Positions 1 through 15,459 of a stretch of DNA of 64,000 bases are shown piece by piece (the stretch's first letter is position 1; every line of letters starts with the position of its first letter). A program made the position numbers and the translations under genes. Origin of the DNA: Eledone cirrhosa. Taxonomy: Eukaryota. A model generated the notes under the pieces. The model saw nothing but the letters and a program-made list of their open reading frames with translations, was not told where the DNA came from and searched no databases. The stretch spans positions 23,622,001 through 23,686,000 of the forward strand of contig OZ024756.1 in assembly GCA_964016885.1 (NCBI GenBank), in the 5' to 3' direction.

Positions 1-316
1 AATCCAATGACAAGTTGTTGTTGTTCCTGTTCCTACTACTGTTGTTGTAATTATTATTAACGCAGTGAATTGGTAGAGCGTCGGATAAAATGATTTGTTG
101 TATTTATCTGTGCCTTTTATTCTTCCGAGGTCGATAAAATAAGGTATCAGTTAAGTACTAGGGTCGATATAATCACACACACACACATACACACACAGAG
201 TCACACATGCAGAATCACACACAGTCACATACAGTCTCACACACAGTCTTATACACAGTCACAAACAGTCACACACACATACACAGTCACACACACACAT
301 ACACACACACACACTG

Positions 317-352
<36 letters not shown>

Positions 353-637
353 CGCACAGTTGTTACCGTCAGTCAACAGCCATCAACACCCAGCATATTT
401 TGATAGTGGCTGAAGTATTTTGAAAGGAACCATGTTTTTTTTTATCCAATTGACGTCTGTTGACTGATGCCGGATGTTGCTGATGTCTGTTGAAAGGTCC
501 CGGATGGTGTTGATGGGATACATGTCAGAATGCAGCCATATTTTATCCGCCATTTTAGCCTCATCTGAATTAATTTTAATGTTGCAAACAATCCCATCTT
601 CCTTCTCTGTCTTTTAAATTTCTATTTTCCGTCGTAG

Positions 638-758
638 GTTGACTGTTGACATCCGGGTACTACTAATGGAAACCGGAAACCACGTTGACGTCATCCGTAA
701 CGTGATCAGTGTTGTGAATTTGAAGGAATACACCAACAAACAAGTGCCAACATTGTAA
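638..758 (+). CDS. Candidate terminal coding exon of an unidentified gene: (R)LTVDIRVLLMETGNHVDVIRNVISVVNLKEYTNKQVPTL*
   Basis: Pyrimidine tract ttctattttccgtcgtAG at 637, then 39 open codons of non-repetitive protein-like sequence ending TAA 756-758; no family recognised. Confidence 0.35.
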
Positions 759-1490
759 CATGAGCAGGGATTTGGGGAGGCGGGGGGGGGGATATAATAT
801 GTTGACAGTGGTGGTGGTAGTGGTGGTGGTGGTGGTGGTGGTGGTGGTGGTGGTGGTGGGGTCGCCGTCTTCGTGTTTACAGTGGTGGTGGTGGTGGTGA
901 TGAGGTGGTGATGAGTTGGGGATGACGTGGTGATGCGGTGGTGGTGTGGTGGTGGTGGTTGATGATGTGCTGGTGATGCGATGATGGTTGTTCAGGTGAT
1001 GGTGAGGGGAGGTGTTTGTGGTGATGGTGATTGTGATGGTTACGATGATAAAAGTCGTGCTGACCATGTGGTTGTCTTACTGATGGTGGTGGTGGTGGTG
1101 GTGGTGGTGGTATTGGTGGTGGTGATGAGACGTGTTGATGTGATGGTGTTGTTGATGGTGGTGGTATTAGAGATGGAGATGATAATGGTGGTGATGAGAG
1201 GTGTAGATGGTGGTGGTATTGGTGTTGGCGATTGTGTGTCTGTCTGTGTGTGTATGAGTGTGTGTGTGTATGAGTGTGTGTGTATGAGTGTGTGTGTATG
1301 TATATATATATATATACTAACGCAAAAAAAACAGCTACGGCGCGAAATAAACACTAAATCACATTAGCAAACATAATGTCTGAAAACAGCAACAAACCTC
1401 TCAACATAAGCATCAAAACGCATATATATATATATATATGTATATGTATAAATGTGTGTGTGTGTATGTGTGTGTGTGTGTATATATATG

Positions 1491-1559
<69 letters not shown>

Positions 1560-1734
1560 ATGTACTTTTATATAAATTATATATGTATATATTTATATAT
1601 ATATATAAATTATATATGTATATATTTATATATATATATATAAATTATATATGTAGGTATTTATATATATATATAAATTATGTATGTATGTATTTATATA
1701 TATATAAATCATATATGTATGTATAAATGTATAA

Positions 1735-1780
<46 letters not shown>

Positions 1781-2127
1781 ATGTATATATATATATATAT
1801 ATAATGATAATATGTATAAATATCTGCAAATAAAAAACAAAATGGCAGAAAACAAAATGGCAGAAAACATTTTGGCTGTCCTTTATCTAATTTGGTGAGT
1901 AATTAGTGTTGTGAGATAAAGTTGCTGGGAGGTGACACAGTTGAAGTAGGAAGCTTTCAATAAACTATCATACGGCCAATTAACTTATTTACATTATGCC
2001 GCATCATTCATAAATACATACAATTATATATATGTATGTGTGTGTGTATATATATATGTATATGTATATATATATATGTAAATATATTATATATATATAT
2101 ATATTATATATATATATATTATATATA

Positions 2128-2207
<80 letters not shown>

Positions 2208-2671
2208 TGTATGTATGTATATTTATATAGTATGTTATACAAACCGTATATTTATAAGGACACACATACACACTCACAAACACACACACACACGCATGTG
2301 TGTAGGGGTATAAATATATATATACTCGATTATTTATCAATGACTTTTACAGGGTTAATTCTGTTTTCTTCTCTCTGTATATATAATTTTTAATATTCAC
2401 CTGAGAGTATTAACAATTATATATATATACATATATATATATATTTATATATATATATTTATATATATATATTTATATATGTATATTTATATATGTATAT
2501 TTATATATATATATATTTATATTTATATATATTTATATATGTATATTTATATATATATATTTATATTTATATATATTTATATATATATTTATATATATAT
2601 ATATATATATTTATAGATATATATATATATATTTATATGTATGTATATATTTATATATATATTTATATATA

Positions 2672-2706
<35 letters not shown>

Positions 2707-2715
2707 GTTTCCTCA

Positions 2716-3005
2716 TAACTTCTCTTTTTGTCGGGTTTTCCACGAGTAGCCCTCGGAAGTCCACCACCCCACCCCCAGCCCCCACCCCCACCCCCACCCC
2801 CATTGGAGAATGTTCTTTGTCTCGAATGTTATTGTTACTTTTGTTTTTGACTTTTGCTATGTTTTGTTTGTTTTGTTTTATTTTTTCTGGAGAAGTAGGG
2901 GGAGGCTGTTCTATTTCTCTAAACCTCACTGTATCGGCCCTAATGTTTTTCTTCTGTTTTGCGGGCCCTTTGTGGTGAATTATTTTTATTGTTATTGTTA
3001 TTATT
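2716..3005 (+). mobile_element. LINE-like 3' UTR fragment related to 38325-38666
   Basis: Shares the gggttttccac..ccctcggaagtc..cattgg and ccttgtggt-type motifs with 38460-38650; ends in a (TTA)-like run. Confidence 0.4.
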
Positions 3006-3218
3006 AGGGCGGTGGATTGGCAAAATCATGTGAGCGTCGGCCAACAGTCTTAGCGGCATATAGTTGCGGCCCTTTACGTTCCGAGTTCAAATTCTACCGA
3101 GGTTAGCTTTGCCTTTCATCCTTACGAGGACGATAAAATAAAGTACCAGTAACGTACTGGGGTCGATTTAATCGACTTTCCCTTCCCCCAAATTACTGGC
3201 CTTGTGCCTATACTAGAA

Positions 3219-3257
<39 letters not shown>

Positions 3258-3495
3258 GATAAATAAAAAAAATAACAAAATAAATAAAGCATTATCATTA
3301 TTATGTGAGCGTCGGGCAACATGCTTTGTGGCATAGAGATGCGGCCCTTTACTTTCCAAGTTTAAATACCGCCGAGGTTAGCTTTACCTTTCATCCTTAC
3401 GAGGTCAATAAAATAAAGTACCAGTAACGCACTCGGGTCGACTCAATATTTTCCCACCCCCAACATTGCTGGCCTTGTGCCTATAGTAGAAATCA
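3006..3495 (+). mobile_element. Two tandem copies of tRNA-derived SINE family 1
   Basis: Head gggcggtggattggc, B-box gagttcaaat, body gcctttcatccttacgaggtcgataaaataaagtaccag, tail ggccttgtgcctat..agaaa(tta)n. Confidence 0.85.
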
Positions 3496-3660
3496 TTATT
3501 ATTATTGTTGTTGTTGTTGTTGTTAATATTATTATTTCGGAGGTCCTCCTCCTCCTATTGGGGTGCTTATTGTGTTTGAATTTGTTTTACATGTATTACA
3601 TGTTTTCTTTGTTTTCTTTGTTTTTGTTATATGACTTTTTACACGCCAAAAACCACATTG

Positions 3661-4525
3661 TACCGTCCTATACCGTCCTCTACGCCAAGTGGCGTCATCT
3701 ACCGTCCTCTACCGTCCTCTACCGCCATCTACCGTCCTCTACCGTCCTCTACCGTCCTCTACCGCCATCTACCGCCCTCTACCATCCGCTACCGTCCTAT
3801 ACCGTCCTATACCGTCCTCTACCGTCCTCTACCGCCCTCTACCGTCCTCTGCCGTCCTCTGCCGTCCTCTACCGTCCTCTGCCGTCCTCTACCGTCATCT
3901 GCCATCCTCTGCCGCCATGTACCGTCATGTACAGTTTTCTACAGTCCTCTACCGTCCTCTACCGTCATCTGCCGTCCTCTACCGTCATGTACCGTCCTCT
4001 ACCGTCCTCTACCATCTTCTACCGTCATCTGCCGTCCTCTACCGTCATGTACCGTCCTCTACCGTCCTCTACCGTCCTCTAGCGTCATCTGCTGTCCTCT
4101 ACCGTCATGTACCGTCCTCTACCGTCCTCTACCATCTTCTACCCTCATCTGTCGTCCTCTACCGTCCTCTACCGTCCTCTACCGTCCTCTACCATCTTCT
4201 ACCGTCATCTGCCGTCCTCTACCGTCCTCTACCGTCCTCTACCGTCCTCTACCATCTTCTACCGTCATCTGCCGTCCTCTACCGTCCTCTACCGTCCTCT
4301 ACCGTCCTCTACCGTCCTCTACCGTCCTCTACCGTCCTCTACCGTTCTCTACCGTCCTCTACCATCTTCTACCGTCCTCTACCGTCCTCTACCGTCCTCT
4401 ACCGTCCTCTACCGTCCTCTACCGTCCTCTACCGTCCTCTACCATCTTGGTACCCTGTGCCGTCATGTACCATCTAGTGCCGCCCTGTGCCGTCATGTAC
4501 CATCTAGTGCCGTTATGTACCATCT
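3661..4525 (+). repeat. 10-bp minisatellite (accgtcctct)n
   Basis: Directly visible tandem array; source of the PSSTVLYRPL ORFs. Confidence 0.95.
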
Positions 4526-4564
4526 TTAATGTTTTCTACATGTGAGCCTTGCGCGACTAATAAA

Positions 4565-5230
4565 GCCATCATAAGGAGCAACCATAACAGGCAACTATTA
4601 CAAGCAACTATTACAAGCCATCATTAGAAGCAACCATCGCTGGCAACTATTACAAGCAACTATGACTAGCCATCATTAGGAGCAACTATAACAGGTAACG
4701 ATTACAAGCAACTATTGCTAGCCATCATTAGAAGCAACTATAGAAGGCAACTATTACTAGCCATCATTAGGAGCAACCATAGCAGGCAACTATTACTAGC
4801 AACTATTACAAGCAACTATTAATAGCCATCATTAGGAGCAACTATAACAGGTAACTATTACAAGCAACTATTACTAATCATCATTAGAAGCAACTATAGC
4901 AGGCAACTATTACAAGCCATCATTAGGAACAACCATATCAGGCAACTATTACATGCAACTATTACCAGCCATCATTAAGAGCAACTATAGCAGGCAAATA
5001 TTACAAACAACCATTAGAAGAAGCAGTTACAAGACGCCATTACCAGCAAGCAGTTATTACAAATAATCTTCACGATCAACCATTGCTAGCGCATACACTA
5101 TAAGCCACCATTAGAAATAACTATGACAAGAAGCTATTATAATAGACCATTAGAAATAAATAGCCTTGAGAGCAGTCTTTACAAACAACCATTACATATA
5201 ACCATTACAAACAACCATTAAAAGACAGCC
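4565..5230 (+). repeat. Degenerate ~15-bp-based minisatellite (gcaactattacaa / gccatcattagga)
   Basis: Recurrent gcaactatta and agccatcattag units. Confidence 0.85.
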
Positions 5231-5311
5231 ATTGGCGGAAGATATAATGGTGACTATTTTGACTTCGTCGTTTTGCAGTTGTCTGAGAGCTTTCGGCACT
5301 GTGTCCTCATT

Positions 5312-5400
<89 letters not shown>

Positions 5401-5524
5401 GTGTGTGTGCTTATATATGTATATATATATTATATATATGATATATATATATATAATGACAGGTGCCGCGTTGTTCAGATGCACAGCATTACATATATAA
5501 GCGTGTGTGTGTAATTAAGTATGC

Positions 5525-5570
<46 letters not shown>

Positions 5571-5945
5571 GTATGTATATGTGTGTGTGTGTGCGTATGT
5601 ATGGATGTATGTAAGTATATATATATGTGTATATATATGTGTGTTTACGGATATATATATATATATGTGTGTGTATCTGTGTACGTATATATATGTACAT
5701 ATATGTGTGTGTGTGGGTGTGTGTATGTATGGATGTATGTAAGTATATATATATGTGTATATATATGTGTGTTTACGTATATATATATATATATGTGTGT
5801 ATCTGTGTACGTATATATATGTACATATATGTGTGTGTGTGTGTGTGTGTGTGTCTAAATATATACATATGCACAAATAAATATACATACACTAAGTATA
5901 TTTCTGTGGTTGTTGGTGATAATTGTAATGGCAGCGGTGGTGGTG

Positions 5946-6010
<65 letters not shown>

Positions 6011-6012
6011 TA

Positions 6013-6057
<45 letters not shown>

Positions 6058-6758
6058 CTCTAGGGATGATGACAGTTGTGATGATGATGATGATGATGAT
6101 GATGGTGGTGGTGGGTTTGGGTGTTAGTGGTAATCCTAGTGATGATGTTGATGGTTGTGATGATTGGGATGATTGTGGTGGTGATAGTAGTGTTGTTGTT
6201 GTTGTTGGCGGAGGTGGTGGGGGGGGGGGGGTGAAAGTGGTGGATTGGTGTAGCGGTGTTGTTGTTGTTGGTGGTGGTGGTGGTGGTGGCGATGATGATG
6301 GTTGTGGTGGTGGTGGCGATGATGATGGTTGTGGTGGTGGTGGTGGTGGTATTGTTGTTGTTGTTGGTGGTGGTGCTAGTGGTGATGGCGGTGGCGGTGT
6401 TGTTGTTGATGGTGGCGGTGGTGGCGATGATGATGGTGGTGGTGGTGGTGGCGGTGGTGGCGATGGTGGTGGTTGTGGTGGTGGTGGTGGTGGTGGTGGT
6501 GGTATTGTTGTTGGTGGTGCTAGTGGTGGTGCTAGTGGTGATGGCGGTGGCGGTGTTGTTGTTGGTGGTGGCGGTGGTGGCGATGATGATGGTTGTGGTG
6601 GTGGTGGTGGTGGTGGTGGTGGTGGTGGTGGTGGTGGTGGTGGTGGTGGTATTGTTGTTGTTGGTGGTGGTGCTAGTGGTGATGGTTGTTGTAGTAGTGG
6701 TGGTGGTGATGGTGGTGGTGGTGGTGGTGGTGGTCTCATTGTTATTGAGTTATTGGAG

Positions 6759-6796
<38 letters not shown>

Positions 6797-7246
6797 ATTG
6801 TTGTTATTGTCAAAAGGAGTGGAGAGTATGTAGGGAGTGGGGGTGAAACCCTCAGAATGGTATTTAATTACGTGTCTGTACATCGCGGGTTCAAACCCCG
6901 CCATAGTCAATGGTGACCTTTATTCCCCTTCAGGGACCTACAAATTAACTTAAGAGCAAAACACTGGAGTTGATTTACTCCAACATACACCTGCTCCCTA
7001 CCCGTACAATAGTATGACCCTCTGCCTACCAGTCTTACAAATACTACTCTCCCCTCTCTCTTTCTCTCCTTCTCTCTTTCTTTACCTCTCTCTTTCCTTC
7101 TCTCTTTCTCTCTCCCATTCTCTATCTATATATCTATCTCAGTCTCTCCCTGACGCTCTCGTCTTCTCTCTTTCAGTCTATCTGTCTCACTCACCATCCC
7201 TCTTTTTCTTTCTGTCTTTCTTTCTATCCCTATCTGTTTCCTCTCA

Positions 7247-7612
<366 letters not shown>

Positions 7613-7714
7613 GGTCGTCTGTTTGTCTCCAAGTCAGTCAGTCGAGCTGTCTGTGTTATTGTCTGTCAATATGTATGCCACACTGTGAGTCTATATGCCT
7701 GTCTATCTTTCTAA

Positions 7715-7798
<84 letters not shown>

Positions 7799-7830
7799 CT
7801 CTCTCCCTCTGTCTGTCTCTCTCTCTCTCT

Positions 7831-7874
<44 letters not shown>

Positions 7875-7876
<2 letters not shown>

Positions 7877-8074
7877 CGAAGGAAATGTGGTAAGGAACCA
7901 GATGGACCATAACGCACCAGAGTACTCAATACTTAGGGTAGTAGAGTGGGTAATAGGAACGAGTAAGACCCCGACGGCTAAGCTCAAGCCGTTTCGACGG
8001 CTAATTCTGTACTAAATTAGTCCAGAATTAGCCGTCGAAACGGCTTGAGCTCAGCCGTCGGGGTCTTACTCGTT

Positions 8075-8079
<5 letters not shown>
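7875..8079 (-). mobile_element. Fold-back element family A (PLE pLTR-like) in (TA)n
   Basis: Arms ~7953-8013 and ~8018-8079 plus a ~78-bp unpaired tail; GAAA-cggct(tgagctc)agccg-TC hammerhead 3' half; four more copies in the window. Confidence 0.75.
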
Positions 8080-8116
<37 letters not shown>

Positions 8117-8174
8117 GAGAGAGAGAGAGAGACAGACAGAGGGAGAGAGAGCGAGAGAAAGAGAGAGAGAGAGG

Positions 8175-8240
<66 letters not shown>

Positions 8241-8469
8241 TGGTGCTATTAAGTTAGACATGAGCCGGGCCATACTGACCGAAACCTATCAAGATTATCA
8301 AAGTTTTATATATGTATGTGTATATAAATATGTATATATGTGTGTGTGTGTGTGTGGAGAGAGAAAGAGAAAGGTAGATACATAGCTATATAGATAGATA
8401 GAGAGAGACAGACAGGCAGACTGACAGACAGACCAATAAATTCCACGAACATTCATTTATTATTAAGTT

Positions 8470-9565
8470 AAGGGCGCAAATTGATAGAATCGGTGGAGCA
8501 TTGGACAACGTGATTCACGGCATAGAGTAATGCCAAGGTTAGCTCTGACTTTCATCGCTACGGTGTCGATAAAATAAAGTCCCAGTAACGCACTGGGGTC
8601 GATTTAATCGACTTCCTCTTCCCCCCAGAATTGTTGGCCCTCTTGTGCCTAAATCAGAACCCATTCAGTAATACACTAGATAATTGCTGACCTTGTGCCA
8701 AAAGTAGAAACAATTATTACTATTGAAGGGCGGTGGATTGGCAGTATCGGTAGAGGGTCGGACGCCATGCTTTTCAGCATAGAGTTACGGCCCTTTGCGG
8801 TCTGAGTTCAAATCCCGCCGAGGTTAACTTTGCCTTTCATCCTTACGGGGTCGATAAAATATAGTACCAGTAATACACTGGGTAATTGCTGGCCTTGTGC
8901 CAAAAGTAGAAACAATTATTACTATTGAAATCAATAAAATAAAATACCAGTAACGCACTATGGCCAATTTAATCGACTTTTCCCCTCTCTCAACATTGGC
9001 CCTCTTCTACCTAAATCAGAAACCATTAGTACTATTGAAATCGCGGTGGATTGGCAGTATCGGTAGAGGGTCGGACGCCATGCTTTTCAGCATAGAGTTA
9101 CGGCCCTTTTCGGTCTGAGTTCAAATCCCGCCGAGGTTAACTTGGCCTTACATCCTTTCGGGGTCGATAAAATAAAGTACCAGTGATGCTGGTCTTGTGC
9201 CAAAAATAGAAACAATTATTAATATTGGTTTCTTATAGAGGCACAAGGCCAGCAATTTTGGAGGAGGGGGAAAGTCGATTAAATCGATACCAGTGCGTGA
9301 CTGGTACTTTATTTTATCGACCCCCGTAAGGATGAAAGGCAAAGTTAACCTCGGCGGTATTTGAACTCAGATCATAAAGGGGCGTAACTCTATGCTGCAA
9401 AGCATGGCGTCCGACCCTCTACCGATACTGCCAATCCACCGCCCTGAAACAATTATTAATATTGAAATCAATAAAATATAATACCAGTAATGCACCGGGG
9501 TGGATTTAATCGACTATCTTCCTCACTCAAAATTGGCCTCCTTGTACCTAAATCAGAAACCATTG
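8470..9565. mobile_element. Cluster of ~6 full or partial SINE family 1 copies in both orientations
   Basis: Repeated gggcggtggattggcagtatcggtagagggtcggacgccatgc and gggtcgataaaataaagtaccag; 9225-9445 is on the minus strand. Confidence 0.9.
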
Positions 9566-9825
9566 TCAAGTTAACTCTATTTCCATTGCCGAATAGATTA
9601 TATTAGTGTAAAGATATACACACTATTCATTTGTCATATATGTTTTTGTTTTTCTTTCGTTCGTTCTTTTGTTTGTTGTTTATACAAACCTCTCCTGTTT
9701 CTGAAACTATTTCATTCGTCTTCATATATTTTTAATACGTCCGACATTATGGCTGACATGGAAGATATGTGTTGTTTCTATTGTATAAGTTTCATATATA
9801 TATATATATATATCTGTGTATGTTT

Positions 9826-9861
<36 letters not shown>

Positions 9862-9875
9862 AAACATACATATAT

Positions 9876-10164
9876 TAGAAAGTGAGGTTTTTTTTACAAA
9901 ATGAAAAATAACCAAGGTGTCCTACACGAGTGAAAGTATAAAGAAAAAGAGATGAAATCGAAAATCTAACTGGAGTCTTATTTTTTTTTTAAATATATAT
10001 ATTTATTTGGTTCCTTTACATCTGTGAGAAAAACCACAGACCCTCCATCTCAACTCACCTTTTGAAAAGCAGAAGAAGTGCGAAACCGGTAAAGGAACCA
10101 AATAAATATATATATTTTTTTAAAAAATAAGACTCCAGTTGCATTTTCGATTTCATCTCTTTTT

Positions 10165-10170
<6 letters not shown>
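9876..10170. mobile_element. Fold-back element family B in (TA)n
   Basis: 9936-10019 is the reverse complement of ~10089-10169; the spacer carries the hammerhead. Confidence 0.75.
10058..10095 (+). ncRNA. Minimal type I hammerhead ribozyme, U3-A8 core variant
   Basis: cctt-TTGAAAA-gca(gaagaag)tgc-GAAA-ccgg-TA-aagg: stem I cctt/aagg, stem II gca/tgc, palindromic ccgg, GUA site. Confidence 0.7.
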
Positions 10171-10239
<69 letters not shown>

Positions 10240-10288
10240 GGTATGTTTGGTTTATATATATGTATGTATGTATATATATATATATATA

Positions 10289-10778
10289 TATTGGTAAAAG
10301 GAAAAGAAAATGCTGACAAATTGTTCCCAGTGAAAAATAGTTTAATTAGGAATAAGTAAAAATTAGTAATAGTATTGGTTAGTATTCAGTTTTGGTTTTA
10401 AGTTTTTACCGGTTTGCATTTCTAATGCTTTTCAAAAATAATTTTGAGATAGAGCGCCCGTGATGTTTGCTCTAATTTCAGGGCGGTGGATTGGCAGTAT
10501 CGGTAGAGGGTCGGACGCCATGCTTTGCAGCATAGAGTTACGCCCTTTTATGATCTAATCAGATTAGAGCAAACATCACGGGCGCTCTATCTCAAAATTA
10601 TTTTTGAAAAGCATTAGAAATGCGCAACCGGTAAAACTTGAAACCAAAACTGAATACTAACCAATACTATTACTAATTTTTACTTATTCCTAATTAAACT
10701 ATTTTTCACTGGGAACAATTTGTCAGCATTTTCTTTTCCTTTTACCAATATATCATAACTCGTGTGTTACACCTCTAT

Positions 10779-10783
<5 letters not shown>
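10289..10783 (+). mobile_element. Fold-back element related to family B, ~188-bp arms, SINE fragment in the loop
   Basis: Arms 10289-10476 and 10563-10750; degenerate TTGAAAA-gcatt..atgc-GCAA-ccgg-TA hammerhead at ~10600-10635. Confidence 0.8.
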
Positions 10784-10826
<43 letters not shown>

Positions 10827-10852
10827 GTATGTTTGGTTTATATATATGTATG

Positions 10853-10887
<35 letters not shown>

Positions 10888-10952
10888 AGATACACATGGT
10901 TTATATATGTATAATATGTATGGTTTATATATATATATTTATATATATATAT

Positions 10953-11066
<114 letters not shown>

Positions 11067-11289
11067 TTTATGTTTTGTCTTCTTGTGCCTTTATATTATG
11101 TGAAAATGTCTTACTAACAAATATTATATAACGTTAATTCTTAGTTATTACCATTAAAGTGTTCGTTAATTGGTGGGAAGCTTGCGGCGTTGCCGTAATG
11201 TTCTCGTTGTTTCAATGACATATCGTTGTCAGTAGAAGCCATCGTCTTAACTATCAGAATTGTCGCCATTGTTGTTGTGGAGGATGTAG

Positions 11290-12280
11290 TGCTGTTAGTG
11301 GTAGTGGTAGCTGTTGAGGTAGTGGTGTTGGTGGTAGTGGTAGCTGTTGTGGTAGTGGTGTTGGTGGTAGTGGTAGCTGTTGTGTTAGGGTGTTGGTGGT
11401 AGAGGTAGCTGTTGTGGTAGTGGTGTTGGTGGTAGAGGTAGCTGTTGTGTTAGTGGTGCTGTTGGTGGTAGTGGTAGCTGTTGTGGTAGTGGTGTTGGTG
11501 GTAGAGGTAGCTGTTGTGTTAGTGGTGTTGGTGGTAGTGGTAGCTGTTGTGGTAGTGGTGTTGGTGGTAGTGGTAGCTGTTGTGTTAATGGTGTTGGTGG
11601 TAGTGGTAGCTGTTGTGTTAGTGGTGCTGTTGGTGGTAGTGGTAGCTGTTGTGGTAGTGGTGTTGGTGGTAGTGGTAGCTGTTGTGGTAGTGGTGTTGGT
11701 GGTAGTGGTAGCTGTTGTGTTAGTGGTAGAGGTAGCTGCTGTGTTAGTGGTGTTGGTGGTAGTGGTAGCTGTTGTGGTAGTGGTGGTGTTGGTGGTAGTG
11801 GTAGCTGTTGTGGTAGTGGTGTTGGTGGTAGTGGTAGCTGTTGTGGTAGAGGTGTTGATGGTAGTGGTAGCTGTTGTGGTAGTGGTGTTGGTGGTAGAGG
11901 TAGCTGTTGTGGTAGTGGTGTTGGTGGTAGAGGTAGCTGTTGTGTTAGTGGTGTTGGTGATAGAGGTAGCTGTTGTGTTAGTGGTGTTGGTGGTAGAGGT
12001 AGCTGTTGTGTTAGTGGTGCTGTTGGTGGTAGTGGTAGCTGTTGTGTTAGTGGTGTTGGTGGTAGAGGTAGCTGTTGTGGTAGTGGTGTTGGTGGTAGTG
12101 GTAACTGTTGTGTTAGTGGTGTTGGTGGTAGAGGTAGCTGTTGTGGTAGTGGTGCTGTTGGTGGTAGTGGTAGCTGTTGTGTTAGTGGTGTTGGTGGTAG
12201 AGGTAGCTGTTGTGGTAGTGGTGTTGGTGGTAGTGGTAGCTGTTGTGGTAGTGGTGTTGGTGGTAGTGGTGTTGGTGTTG
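11290..12280 (+). repeat. 30-33-bp minisatellite (gtggtagtggtgttggtggtagtggtagctgtt)
   Basis: Visible tandem array. Confidence 0.95.
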
Positions 12281-12435
12281 GTGTTCTTCTTCTACTTCTT
12301 CTTCTTCTTCTACCAATACTACTACTACTACTACTACTACTACTACATAATTCTTCTTTCCTTTTCTCTTCTTTTTCTTCCCCTTCTTCTTCTACTTCTT
12401 CTTCTTCTACTACTACTATTACTACTACTACTACG

Positions 12436-12482
<47 letters not shown>

Positions 12483-12757
12483 ATAATTCTTCTTCTTTTT
12501 CTTCCCCTTCTTCTTATTCTTCTTCCTCTTCTCTTCCCCCTCCTCCCACGTGTCCTCAACTATATGATTCTGAATTGAAATGACCCACGGCTGTAACGAA
12601 TTGTTAAAGACCGCGCTGAAAGTGTTTCTCTTTATGTTTACATTGTCAAACATACAGGTTTTCGTCAATTTAACGAGCTCCGTGCTGTTGATAAGAGTCA
12701 CTATGTGTGTGTATTATGACCAACGGAAACCCAATCAATACATCATGCATATATATA

Positions 12758-14548
<1,791 letters not shown>

Positions 14549-14758
14549 TGGGCTTATCATATATCCACACACCAATCTAACCACTTTCATCAGGGAAGCC
14601 ACACACACACATCAGAACTTGATATTCACACAACCAAAATGGTGGCCCATTGAAATATGTTGTACCGAGTCTCTGGACAACAACTGCAGCCTGGGTTGTA
14701 GTAAACAGTAAACCAATCAACCCCGTTCTACCTTATTGTCCAGTCACATTTCTTAAGT

Positions 14759-14851
<93 letters not shown>

Positions 14852-14941
14852 GGCTCTTAATTGCAACATTAACTAAACATTTGTGAAGACGGACATTAAA
14901 GGACCTTAAGCACAGCAGTCCGAATTGTGAAACTTCATGCA

Positions 14942-15047
<106 letters not shown>

Positions 15048-15162
15048 CATACATACATTTATATATATATATATATATATATATTCATACATATATAATA
15101 TGCATAAATATGTATACACACACACACAAACACACGCACATATACAAGCATAATTATATGTT

Positions 15163-15265
<103 letters not shown>

Positions 15266-15459
15266 ATTTGGGTTATGCATGCGTGTGTGCATATTAAAAT
15301 GTTTCCCCTTAAGCCGGGCTGCATATGCACACGCTGTAATTGTTAGGTGCACATATGTGCATCTGACGTTCTAGATACCACTTATACCACTTACCTTCAG
15401 CACCCACACCACCAACACCAATACTCCACCCCTCCTTTTCACGCAATCATTTCAATTAC

